A stretch of DNA of 64,000 bases. It comes from Pirellulales bacterium (GTDB lineage: Bacteria; Planctomycetota; Planctomycetia; Pirellulales; JADZDJ01). Every line of letters begins with the position of its first letter. The first letter of the stretch is position 1. Position numbers and translations under genes: made by a program. The notes below the pieces were generated by a model that was not told the DNA's origin, did not search any database, and was given only the letters and a program-made list of their open reading frames with translations. The DNA is taken from contig OY970289.1 of the NCBI GenBank assembly GCA_963716135.1, positions 2,167,462 through 2,231,461 on the forward strand, written 5' to 3'. Shown piece after piece: positions 11,201 to 20,521 of this stretch.

Positions 11201-13048
11201 GGCGGAATTGCCGGAGTAGGCGGCGCTTTGGATTTGGAAGATTTGGAAGTCGTGGAGAGTGTGGGAAAGGCGAACTGGTTGGTGGCAGCGTAAATGCCGC
11301 CCCCCTCGCCATCGCCGGAGCGCGCACCAAACCGTCTGTTGTTATTTCGCCGGCGCCGCCATCCCCGCCGTCGCCGCCGCGCGCGGTATTCTGATTGACC
11401 TTCGAGCCGTTTTTGACACTGACGGCGTAGGTGACCAGTTGAACTGGCGCCGTGTTGACGGTCAAAAACGGGTTCAAGTTCAGGTTGACATAGATGCCGC
11501 CGCCTTGTCCGTCGCCGCCGGCGCCCCCATCTCCGCCAAGGACGAAGCCCTCGCCGCCATCGCCGCCTCTGCCGCCCAGCGCGGAATTGCGACTGATGTC
11601 GGTACAACTGACGGTGACCGGCGCTGAGGCCCAGACGCCGCCGCCGGCTGCCGAACCGCCGTCGCCCCCTTTGCCGCCGGCATCTTTCGCCGACCCACCT
11701 TGGCCACCGTCGCCGGCGCATGCGAGATTACTGCAGACGGTCGATGAAGTAATGGTGAGGCCAGCCAAGGCGAAAATACCGCCTCCTTCTGCAACGCCAC
11801 CGTGGCCCCCCATGCCGCCGGTGTCGGAATTTTCAGTTCCGTCACCGCCGTCGCCGCCATCGCCGGCATGCGCTATGTTACCCACAAAGCAGCAGTTGGT
11901 GGCGCAGACCTGCAGCAGGCTATACAGACCGCCGCCGCGGGCATCGCCGCCGCCTCCCGCCGCGCCGCCGTTCGCGTTCGTGGAGTCGCCGCCGTTGCTG
12001 CCGTCGCCGGCGATCGCGGCGTTTTGCGAGACGTTGGAATTGTCGATCGAAAACACGGTGGACGAACTTATAGTTTTGGCCGTCAAATCGAAGAGCGGGC
12101 CTCTTACGTAGATACCGCCGCCAAAGGCATCGCCGCCGAGGTTTCCGTCGCCGCCATTGCCGGATTCGCTGTCGGAGTCGCCGCCGTCGGCTGCGCAACC
12201 TGCGTGAGCGAGGTTGCAAACGATGTTCGACTTGCTGATGCAGACGGTGGTTCCTTCGCTGTAGAGGCCGCCGCCGAAAGCGCTGCCGCCGGCGCCGCCT
12301 TGTTGACCGTCGGGACTGTCGGAATCGCCGTCGTCGCCGGCGACGCCGTTGCCGCCAAGCGCTTTGTTGTTTTGCAGCGTGCTGGAAACGATTTTCAACG
12401 TGGGCCCGTCGGAGTAGATTCCGCCGCCGCGCACGCCAGCTCCAGAAGCGCCAGCTACATCTCCATCGGCGCCAAGAGCGGTGCAACATTCGATGACGAC
12501 GTTTTGCAAAGTGACGCACCCGTTGCTGAGAATGCCGCCGCCATAGGCGAACGTGTCACCGGGGTACGCGCCTTCGCTGCCGTCGTCCTGCGCCAGACCG
12601 TTGCGGAGCGTGACGTTTTTGAAGATGACGGTGACGCCTTCAAAAATCTGGAAGATGCGATCGATGCATGCAGCATCGATGATTGATTTGCCTGCGCCTG
12701 CGCCCTGAATAGTGACCTTTCGGCCTGATTGAGTGAGATCCAAATCCCCTTCATAGGCCTGGTTCTCTTGGCCGTTGGAATTGGTGATCGAAAGTTTGTA
12801 CACGCCTTTTTGAAGCGTGATCACGTCGTCGCCGCCGGAATTGTTGGCCGCAATGATGGCGGCGCGCAGACTGTGGCTATTGCCGGCATCATCGGGCGCG
12901 GAAGCCCAGGGATTGAAGTTCGCCAGCAGCGTTCGCAGCTCCAACCATTCCACGCCGATCGGTCGGCCGCGTCGCAAGCGCAGCTTTCGATCGATTCGAT
13001 AGGCTAGTGCCCGATTTGCGCAGAACGCAACGGATTGCGAGCGGACAT
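8210..13048 (-). CDS. giant secreted Gly-rich repeat protein 2 (paralogue of protein 1); frame broken at least twice
   Basis: Fragments are ORF 11190-12977(-), ORF 9682-11721(-) (real only from about 11328 downward; its Arg-rich N-terminus is out of frame) and ORF 8210-9685(-). Junctions are near 11330 (..GEITTDGL / GARSGDGEGGGIY) and near 9690 (NVNNNCAIGG / ..SADGLSSSTDGDASDGGNGG). The leader and head are the same as in protein 1 (RRGRPIGVEWLELRTLLANFNPW...LRAAIIAANNSGGDDVITLQKGVYKL...). The track start is TTG at 12977. An ATG at 13048 preceded by GGGAGAA would match the leader of protein 1 better, but needs one more frame correction near 13008. Confidence 0.75.
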
Positions 13049-13499
13049 GGCTGTTCTCCCGGAAGTGGTCAGATCAGAGCTGATTAAAAAGAGATGCGCT
13101 GGCGAAAGGACCCCTAGGCACTCATGTTTCGACAGGCGAAATACTACCCATTTTTTCCAAGCTGTGCAATCATCCTGAACACAACCTGCGAGAAGGCCAT
13201 ATCAAACGTCCGAAATAGGGCGTTTTCCCCATGCGCCGACCGGGCTGATCGGTCCGAACGGTAGGCCGCGGCCAAGGGCCGGATGGTTGGGCGGAGGGGT
13301 TTGGAACGGGAGCCCAAGCTCTTTTTGGGACGCCGCCGCTTGCCGTACCTAGTCAGCGCCGTGGTCGTGTCGAGTATGCCGATTGTGCGGGTTCCGCAGA
13401 GCGGACGAACGCCGCGATTTTTGCACCTAGAGCGAGGATGTACTAGGTTTTCTTTTGAAGTCGCGCGGCACAAATAACTGTTACGGACAACATTTGTAT

Positions 13500-13676
13500 A
13501 TGAAGTGGTTATGCCGGTTCCTACGGTCAGAAGACGGTCCTACCGCAGTTGAATATGCGGTAATGCTCGCGCTGATTATTTTGGTCTGCCTCTCGGCGAT
13601 CATGACCATCGGGCAACAAACTGCTAGCAGCTATCAGAACTCGGCTGCGTCGATTTCCAGTGCGATGGGCAGTTAA
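13500..13676 (+). CDS. flp: Flp-family type IVb pilin
   Basis: ORF 13455-13676(+), with the probable start at Met16 (ATG 13500). MKWLCRFLRSEDGPTAVEYAVMLALIILVCLSAIMTIG... contains the Flp motif (G/xTAxEY followed by a hydrophobic helix). Length is 58 aa. Confidence 0.85.
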   Translation: MKWLCRFLRSEDGPTAVEYAVMLALIILVCLSAIMTIGQQTASSYQNSAASISSAMGS

Positions 13677-13892
13677 GTCGATCTTTCTCGACGATTTCAA
13701 TATCGTTGGTCGCAGTCCCGGATTGAGAAATTGCGGCGTCCAAAGGACATAAAGTCCGTCGCTGTAAACTGGTAGTGACGAGATAGGAATTATACTTATC
13801 TTGCGGATGTCCGCAGCCCGATGAAATACAAAAATAACCCAAGTAGGTGGGAGCGATTGCTGCACCCAGTGCCTGCTTGCGAACGGTAAACG

Positions 13893-13953
13893 ACGGCTCT
13901 CCTTCGCGACAAAGGGATTACCTGCCCCAATCCCTGCGAGGAGAGCCGTTTTT
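13893..13953 (+). terminator. Rho-independent terminator (compound hairpin plus T5)
   Basis: ACGGCTCTCCTTCGC...(inner stem AGGGATT/AATCCCT)...GCGAGGAGAGCCGT, followed by TTTTT at 13949-13953. It lies about 215 nt downstream of the flp stop. Confidence 0.75.
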
Positions 13954-14098
13954 CATTGGTATCGAGCCCAAAAGCGATTCAGTGAAATTCGCGTTGCAAC
14001 AAACGATAGTTCCGAGGATGATCGCCGCCCCCGCAACTGTCACCTAGCGACGCACCGCCCGAGTGCGCGTTGCAGAACGTCGAGGACCCAGGTTCTCC

Positions 14099-14779
14099 AT
14101 GCTTGCGCTTCGTCCGTTTTCAAAGAAACTGTTTGGCGCGTTGGCGGCAATTGGCATCACAGTGACCTCAGGCTGTGGTTCTCAAGACGCCGCCACACCG
14201 ACGGCGAATCTCGTGGGACGATCGTACCGCGTGGCGCCGGAGTCGAAACAATTCGAGCACCTCAGGTTCAACCTACATCCCGAAGTGCAGGTGCGCACTT
14301 CGGCGGGCGAGTTTACGCTCCGGCTGGACGCGGAAAAGTCGCCGCTGACGGTCGATAATTTCCTCAACTATGCTCAATCCGGCTATTACGACGGCACGAT
14401 TTTTCACCAGGTTTACGACAATTTCATCGTGCTGGGGGGCGGATACGACGCGCAATTTCAAGAGAAACCGGCTCATTCAACGGTGCGAAACAAAGCGCAC
14501 AACGGCGTGAAGAATTGCCGCGGCACGGTGGCCATGGCCCGTCAGGCGGACGCCATCGATAGCGCCGCCAGCCAGTTTTTTATCAACGTTGCGGACAACA
14601 GCTCGCTGGACTTTACCGGATCTCAGCCCGACCAATATGGCTACTGCGTATTCGGCGACGTGATCGCCGGCATGGACGTGGTCGATCGGATTTCCAAAGC
14701 CGAAGTCCACACCCTGCCGCAGTTCGCAAATGCGCCCGTGCACCCGGTGGTGATCGAATCGGTCCGCCGGGTGAAATAG
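14099..14779 (+). CDS. peptidyl-prolyl cis-trans isomerase, cyclophilin type, probable lipoprotein
   Basis: ORF 14063-14779(+), with the start taken at ATG 14099. Signal peptide and lipobox: ALAAIGITVTSGC. Cyclophilin core: FHQVYDNFIVLGGGYD...NCRGTVAMARQADAIDSAASQFFINVADNSSLDF...YCVFGDVIAGMDVVDRI. Confidence 0.85.
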   Translation: MLALRPFSKKLFGALAAIGITVTSGCGSQDAATPTANLVGRSYRVAPESKQFEHLRFNLHPEVQVRTSAGEFTLRLDAEKSPLTVDNFLNYAQSGYYDGTIFHQVYDNFIVLGGGYDAQFQEKPAHSTVRNKAHNGVKNCRGTVAMARQADAIDSAASQFFINVADNSSLDFTGSQPDQYGYCVFGDVIAGMDVVDRISKAEVHTLPQFANAPVHPVVIESVRRVK

Positions 14780-15076
14780 GGCCTTCTAAGAGGTCGCTTC
14801 CTGCGACCGGTTGCCGTTCAATTCGGCTGTTGCGGAACCGACCAGGTTGAATCAATTTGCATCCGGCCTGGCTCGAGAGGGTTCTTGGCTATCTTGCCCA
14901 AGCTGTAGACCCGGCATGCGCGTGAAGTGCTACCGCGGGCTACTAAATTGCGTGTAAGGTATTTTCCAAATTGGATTTTTTTGAGGGCGCCGCTGCGTCT
15001 CAAGCGAACCCGCCAACCTTCTCTTCGTAGTAGAAGAACTTCCGGCACAAATTATGCACAGCCATGCGACCCCGAA

Positions 15077-15105
15077 CCTGACAGCTTATCAGCTGTCAGG
15101 ATTTT
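15077..15105 (+). terminator. terminator-like hairpin with no assigned upstream gene
   Basis: CCTGACAGCT-TATC-AGCTGTCAGG is a perfect 10-bp stem, followed by ATTTT. It lies about 300 nt after the PPIase stop and about 165 nt before the next start. Confidence 0.45.
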
Positions 15106-15271
15106 GCGGTGCGACATAGGGTGGTGGGACCCACCCATCCGGTCTCGCTGGTCCCAGAATTACACTTTTTGAAATTTCTGGATGCTCGTATTTGCACCCC
15201 ACACTGCCCGGCCGTACAATGAACGTCCCGCAACTGGCCATCGGGCAAAATCGGTAGAAGGAGATACCGCC

Positions 15272-15499
15272 ATGTCTAAGCCCGTCTTCGTTCAGGAATG
15301 TCCGACTTGCGGTCGAAGTTTGCAGATTCGGGTGGCGCACCTGGGGAAGCGCGTGGCTTGTCAACATTGCCTGGCTGAGTTTGAGGCCTGCGATCCGGCG
15401 AGCAAGCAGTATCCCCCAGACGATTCCAGCCTGTCGCTGCTGGACCGTGCCGACGAATTATTGTCAAGCGTAAGCCGCGATCGGGGATTCGCCGGTTAG
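15272..15499 (+). CDS. small zinc-ribbon protein (CxxC...CxxC), function unknown
   Basis: In ORF 15182-15499(+), the ATG at 15272 is preceded by GAAGGAGA. MSKPVFVQECPTCGRSLQIRVAHLGKRVACQHCLAEFEA... Confidence 0.6.
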   Translation: MSKPVFVQECPTCGRSLQIRVAHLGKRVACQHCLAEFEACDPASKQYPPDDSSLSLLDRADELLSSVSRDRGFAG

Positions 15500-15594
15500 A
15501 TCGCTCGAGCTTCCGAATTCGATCGCCATTGAGCGGCGACTGCCCAGGATGGCTTCGTACGCGGCCTCGGCGGGAAACTCGTATTCCCGACTGT

Positions 15595-17501
15595 TCATTG
15601 CGGATAAGCCATCAGAATTTCGTCGGGATGCACTCCGGCGATCGAGCGGAATCCGCCGTCGGCAATCGTTTCGCCCAGCTTTGTCACTGCGCGGAAGTCG
15701 CGATCCTTGGGCGGCTTGCCGGTGAGCTTGCGCGTGAGATCCTGGCACAACACGTCGGCGGCGCCGCGAATCACTTCATCCTTGCTGCGGGCGCGCGTAG
15801 AGGCTGACGCACAAAATCGTCACCGCATCCTGCAATTGCTGTGAAAGGTACGCCATGCGGCACTGGCGATCTGCAAGCGCCAGTTGATGCTTCGCCATTA
15901 CGCCGTCGATCACTAGCGGCGAACGTTGCAGGCGATCGGCGGCGAATTGCGCGTGCTCGCGCAGATTCTTGGGCATATCGGGCAATTCGGCCTTCGAGTG
16001 GAATCGCAGTTTTTGGCCGATGACCCATTTCAAATATGGACCTACCGCGCCTTTCAATGCCCAGGCGTGGAGCGGATTCAATGGATTGGGCTTTTTGATT
16101 TTCGCGGCGGCCAACGCCTTGCCGATCGGCTCGAAATATTTCATGCCGTGCTGCTTCACCAGCGACTTGAAGAAAGCCATGCCGAGCATTTCCCCTTCGC
16201 CTTCGTAGATGCAGGGGGCGAGGAACTCATGCACGTTGTCGCCGAACATGTGGCCGTGCAAGAACGAGCGGCCGCCGTGCGTTTTCATGAACAGCTCGAC
16301 GGCGGCTTCCTTTCTGCGCTTCGCTGCCGAAGATTTTGGCGATGACGCATTCCATCTCGCCGCGGTAGCCTTGATCCAACAGGCCGGCGCACCATTGCAC
16401 CAGCGCATCGCAGCCGACAATCAGCGCGGCCATGCGGCCCAACCGACGCTGCACCAGTTCGCGCGAAGCGATTTCCGCGCCGTAAGTGCGGCGAAAATGC
16501 GCCCAAGGAATCATGCTGGCCATCATCAATCGCATCGTGCCGGCGGCATTGGCGCACAGCGCGACGCGGCCCAAGTTCAAACCGTGGTAGGCGATCGTCA
16601 ATCCGTCGCCGCGCGGAGGGTTGAGCAGGTTGTCCGCAGGCACGCGATAATTCTTGAAGACGATGCCTTGGTTGTACGTGTGCTTGAGCGCATACAGCCC
16701 GTACTTGCGCAATTGAAACTGTTCATTCTCCTGCTGCGGCAGATCGACGACGAGCACCGCGGGGCGATTTTCAATCAAGCAGACCAGGCCTATCGTGCGC
16801 CCCGGCACGACGTTGGTAATAAACAGTTTTTCGCCGTTGACGACGTATTCATTGCCAACCCGCTCAGCGCGCGTGCGCAGGGCTGTCAGATCGGAGCCGG
16901 CGCAGGGTTCGGTCAGCGCGAACGCCGACAATCGTTCGCCGCTGGCTAGCGTCGGCAAGAATCGCTGCTTTTGTTCTTCGGTGCCGAAGGTGCGCACCGG
17001 ATCGACCGCGCCGATGCAGCCATGCACCGAGGCTAATCCGGCGACCGTGGGATCGAGCATGGCCATCCGTGTGAGAAACGACGCGAACGAGGCGAACGGC
17101 GCGCCGCTGCCGCCGTACTTCGGGTCGACTAAAAGGCCCCAGTAACCCGCTTCTCCTAATTCGCTCAGTACTTTGGAAGTGATCTTTTGATTGGCGTCCA
17201 AAAGCGTGCCGGCCTCAACGTGGCGGCGAACCACGGCCAGCGAGTTCTGCATCACCTTTTCCACCGCCGGAGGAGTTTGCGGCGGCTGGCTGGCGAACAG
17301 TTCGGTCGGCAAGCCGCGCTCCCAGACGGCGCGGTGCACGGGGCTGTTGACCGTTTGGAATCGGGCGGCGAACAGGGCCTCCACCTGATCGTCGGCCTTG
17401 TCGACCGCCCCCATGCGGCGAGCTTCCTCTTCGCTCTTGCCGCCCAGCTTCATGGCGGTTTCGGCAAAGGAGGCTTCGGGGGCTTCAACGGAGTTGGTCA
17501 T
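15595..17501 (-). CDS. long acyl-CoA dehydrogenase family protein; frame broken twice
   Basis: Fragments are ORF 16227-17501(-) (...[17 protein letters not shown]...[12 protein letters not shown]...NGEKLFITN...), ORF 15776-16420(-) ([43 protein letters not shown]...) and a tail that I translated myself down to the TGA at 15597-15595 ([32 protein letters not shown]...DEILMAYPQ). Junctions are near 16310 and 15795. Confidence 0.8.
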
Positions 17502-17536
17502 GATTGCTGTTGCAGGATTGGTTGGGATGCGGCGCT

Positions 17537-17613
17537 AGAAGAGGAGAAGATGAGAAGAGCAGAGGAGCAGATTCGATTTCTCCTCTTCTCATTTTCTCAT
17601 CTTCTCCTCTTCT
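17537..17613. repeat. purine/pyrimidine-rich inverted repeat (20-bp perfect stem) in the spacer between the acyl-CoA ligase and dehydrogenase genes
   Basis: AGAAGAGGAGAAGATGAGAA (17537-17556) is the exact reverse complement of TTCTCATCTTCTCCTCTTCT (17594-17613). The loop contains a further partial copy, TTTCTCCTCTTCTC. Confidence 0.8.
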
Positions 17614-17670
17614 TGTTCCTCTCTGCGTCTCTGCGGTTAATTATATGGATTGGTATCGCTTAAGCGGATG

Positions 17671-19362
17671 TCAGTCGGCGTACAGGGCTGCGATTTCGTT
17701 GGCGAAATGCTCCTGTATGAGTGTACGGCGCAGCTTAAGCGTGGGAGTCAGCTCTTCCTGCTCGGCGGTGAAGGCCCGTGACAGCAGCTTGAAACGCTGG
17801 ATTTGCTCGCAGGTGGACACAGCCGCCAACCGTTGGTCGATTCGGCCACGATACAGTTCCACGACGGCCGGATGCGCCAAGGCCTGGGCCGCGGAGAATA
17901 CGGGAATTTTGCGGGCGATGATCTCGGCGCGCAGCGCATCGGGATTGGGCACGATGAGCGCCGTCAGGTATTTACGGCCGTCGCCGATGACGATTGCCTG
18001 GTGAATCAGCGGTTCTTCGCTGAGCAAGTTTTCCAGGAAGACCGGGGCGATGTTCTTGCCGCCGGCGGTGACGATCAACTCCTTTTTACGCCCGGTGATG
18101 CGTAGGTATCCTTCGGCATCAAGCTCGCCCAAATCGCCGGTCGAGAGCCAGCCGTCGCCGATCACTTGCGCAGTGCCCTCGGGATCGTTCCAATAGCCGA
18201 GCATGACGTGCGGGCCACGGGTGAGAATTTCGCCATCCTCGGCGAGGCGAATTTCCACGTCTGGAAGTGCCCGGCCGGAGGTGCCGATTTTGTAATGCGT
18301 GGGTGTGGAGATGGAAATCACGGGCGACGATTCCGTCAGCCCGTAGCCTTGCAGCAGCGGCACGCCTTCAGCGAAAAAGAACTCGGCTACGTGATCCGGC
18401 AGCGCGGCGCCGCCGCTGCAGCAGGCGCGCACCTGGCCGCCCAGCAGTTTTTGCAAATGCGTGGGCCCGCCGGGTTCGGTGGGTCCGAGCTTTCCGGCAT
18501 CCGTCAGGCCCTGCTTCACCTTTTCAAAGAAGTACGGCACGCCGTTGATCAGCGTGGGATGGACCTGTTCGCAACCGGAGATGATGTATTCGCGATCTTC
18601 GACGATCGCCAATGGCGAGCCGCGCACCAGCCACGTGTATAGATCGCAGGTGCGGGCAAAAATGTGCGAGAAGGGCAGCCAGGCCAGGCGCACGTCCTGA
18701 ATGGTGGTGTCGAACGCCGTGCAACAGCCGATGGCGTTGCTGGCCAGATTGTTGTGGCTGAGCATCACGCCCTTGGCTTCGCCCGTGGTGCCGGACGTAT
18801 AAAGAATGGTCGCCAGGTCGGACGGCTTGGTGTTGGCGATCGCTTCCTGCTGAATCTGTGCGGCGCTATCTTTGCCGATGGCGGCGAAAAGCTCCGTAAG
18901 CGGGAGCACGGGTTGTTCGGCGATCGTCGATTCCATGGAATCGTAGGAGAAGAATTGCAGTCCCGGAGGCAATGAAATTCCGCCGGCGGCGAGCTTGGCA
19001 GCTTGCTTAGCGGTCGATTGCAAAACGATTCGCGCGCCGCTGTCGGCGACTTGATGGGCGATCTGCTGACCCGAGAGCGACGCATGAATTGCGACATGAA
19101 CTCCGCGGGCCAGATGGACTGCCAAATCGAGCAGAATCCATTCGTACCGGTTTTCGGATACTTGCGCCACTCGATCGCCGGGTTCGATGCCGGCGCGGCG
19201 CAATCCGGCCGCCAGGCGGCGCACTTCGTGGGCCAAATCGTTCCAGGAGAGCGTGTGAAAAGATTTGCCGTCGGCGCTGGGTAAATGCAACGCGGTGCGA
19301 TGGCCGTGATTGGCGACGCAATCGGTGAAGAGCTTGACGAGCGTGGTCGCTGGGACGCTCAT
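17671..19362 (-). CDS. long-chain fatty-acid--CoA ligase (AMP-dependent synthetase)
   Basis: ORF 17671-19410(-). The start is taken at Met17 (ATG 19362-19360), which overlaps the thiolase stop codon by 1 nt (TAATG). AMP-binding signature: ATILYTSGTTGEAKGVMLSHNNL, then ...GWLSTGDLGELDAEGYLRITGRKKELI. Confidence 0.85.
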   Translation of the reverse strand: MSVPATTLVKLFTDCVANHGHRTALHLPSADGKSFHTLSWNDLAHEVRRLAAGLRRAGIEPGDRVAQVSENRYEWILLDLAVHLARGVHVAIHASLSGQQIAHQVADSGARIVLQSTAKQAAKLAAGGISLPPGLQFFSYDSMESTIAEQPVLPLTELFAAIGKDSAAQIQQEAIANTKPSDLATILYTSGTTGEAKGVMLSHNNLASNAIGCCTAFDTTIQDVRLAWLPFSHIFARTCDLYTWLVRGSPLAIVEDREYIISGCEQVHPTLINGVPYFFEKVKQGLTDAGKLGPTEPGGPTHLQKLLGGQVRACCSGGAALPDHVAEFFFAEGVPLLQGYGLTESSPVISISTPTHYKIGTSGRALPDVEIRLAEDGEILTRGPHVMLGYWNDPEGTAQVIGDGWLSTGDLGELDAEGYLRITGRKKELIVTAGGKNIAPVFLENLLSEEPLIHQAIVIGDGRKYLTALIVPNPDALRAEIIARKIPVFSAAQALAHPAVVELYRGRIDQRLAAVSTCEQIQRFKLLSRAFTAEQEELTPTLKLRRTLIQEHFANEIAALYAD

Positions 19363-20519
19363 TACACCCGCTCGAATACGGTGGCAATTCCCTGTCCAAT
19401 GCCGATGCACATGGTGGCCAGGCCGGTTTTGGCGTTGCGATCGAGCATGTTGTGAACCAGCGTGGTGGTGATCCGCGCGCCGCTGGCGCCCAGAGGATGG
19501 CCGATGGCGATGGCGCCGCCGCGGACGTTGGTTTTCTCCTCATCCATTTCGAGCATGCGGATACAGGCCAGCGCCTGGGAAGCGAACGCTTCGTTCAGCT
19601 CGATCAGATCGATGTCGCTCAGTTTCATGCCGGCGCGGGCGAGCGCTTTTTTCACGGCCGGCACCGGACCGGTGCCCATCACGCTGGGATCGACGCCGAC
19701 CACGGCGGTGGAGACGATTCGCACCAGCGGCTTGAGACCCAGCGATTTGGCTTTTTCTTCCGACATCACCAACAGCGCGGCGGCGCCGTCGTTCAGCGGC
19801 GAGCTATTGCCGGCGGTGACCGTGCCCATGCCCGGCATGAACGCGGGCTTCAGCGCGGCCAATGCCGCCATCGTGCTGTCGCGGCGGATGCATTGATCGG
19901 TTTCGACCAGAATGCGGTTGCCCGCTTCGTCGCGGCCATAAATCGGCACGATCTCAGGTTTGAATTCGCCTTTATCGGTGGCTGCGGCAGCGAGCTTGTG
20001 GCTGCGCAGCGCGAACGCATCTTGATCTTCGCGCGAGATGCCTTGTGTTTGCGCGAGAAACTCGGCCGTGACGCCCATCAACAGCGCGCCCTTGCTGGTG
20101 CGTTCGAACAATTTGGGATTCAGATCGATGCCGGCGTCCATGGGGATGTGCTGCATGTGTTCCAGGCCGCCGACCACTTGCACGTCTTCGCCGCCGGCGA
20201 CGATCGAATGGGCTGCTTGATTCAGCGCCTGCAAACTGGAGCCGCACAGGCGATTGATCGTCGCGCCGCCGGCGTGCATCGGCAGGCCCGCCATCACGGC
20301 CACGGTGCGTGCGACGTTCAGCCCCTGCTCGCCTTGTTGCTGCGTATTGCCGAGGATTACGTCTTCGATTTCCTTGGGGTCGATTCCGCTGCGCTTTACC
20401 AGGGCTTCGACGACGGCCACGGCAAGATCGTCGCTGCGCACATCGCGGTACACGCCCTTCTCCTTGCTGGAGCGGCCGATGGGAGTGCGAACGGCGGCGA
20501 CGATGACGGGGCGTTTCAT
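19362..20519 (-). CDS. acetyl-CoA C-acyltransferase (3-ketoacyl-CoA thiolase)
   Basis: ORF 19362-20519(-), 385 aa. MKRPVIVAAVRTPIGRS...INRLCGSSLQALNQAAHSI...NEAFASQALAC...GGAIAIGHPLGASGARI...MCIGIGQG shows the thiolase active-site Cys and His motifs. Confidence 0.9.
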   Translation of the reverse strand: MKRPVIVAAVRTPIGRSSKEKGVYRDVRSDDLAVAVVEALVKRSGIDPKEIEDVILGNTQQQGEQGLNVARTVAVMAGLPMHAGGATINRLCGSSLQALNQAAHSIVAGGEDVQVVGGLEHMQHIPMDAGIDLNPKLFERTSKGALLMGVTAEFLAQTQGISREDQDAFALRSHKLAAAATDKGEFKPEIVPIYGRDEAGNRILVETDQCIRRDSTMAALAALKPAFMPGMGTVTAGNSSPLNDGAAALLVMSEEKAKSLGLKPLVRIVSTAVVGVDPSVMGTGPVPAVKKALARAGMKLSDIDLIELNEAFASQALACIRMLEMDEEKTNVRGGAIAIGHPLGASGARITTTLVHNMLDRNAKTGLATMCIGIGQGIATVFERV

Positions 20520-20521
20520 AA

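Noticed and set aside
7100-11340. Frameshifts in the two giant surface-protein genes could be phase-variation switches or programmed ribosomal frameshift sites.
   Set aside because: The same kind of break occurs at a similar density in housekeeping and biosynthetic genes throughout the window, and in homopolymer runs. No slippery heptamer or pseudoknot context is evident. A technical origin is the simpler explanation until accurate reads show otherwise.
9682-12519. Arginine-rich ORFs, including the N-terminal ~130 aa of ORF 9682-11721(-), ORF 11920-12519(-), ORF 4711-4989(-) and ORF 5800-6156(-).
   Set aside because: These are out-of-frame readings of the same GGC/GCC-rich repeats (CGG/CGC gives Arg). 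They are not plausible proteins.
4155-13048. The regular short-period repetition raised the possibility of a CRISPR array or a non-coding satellite.
   Set aside because: The repeats are imperfect, lie in frame and are codon-structured (Gly-rich protein units of variable length). No constant direct repeat alternates with unique spacers.
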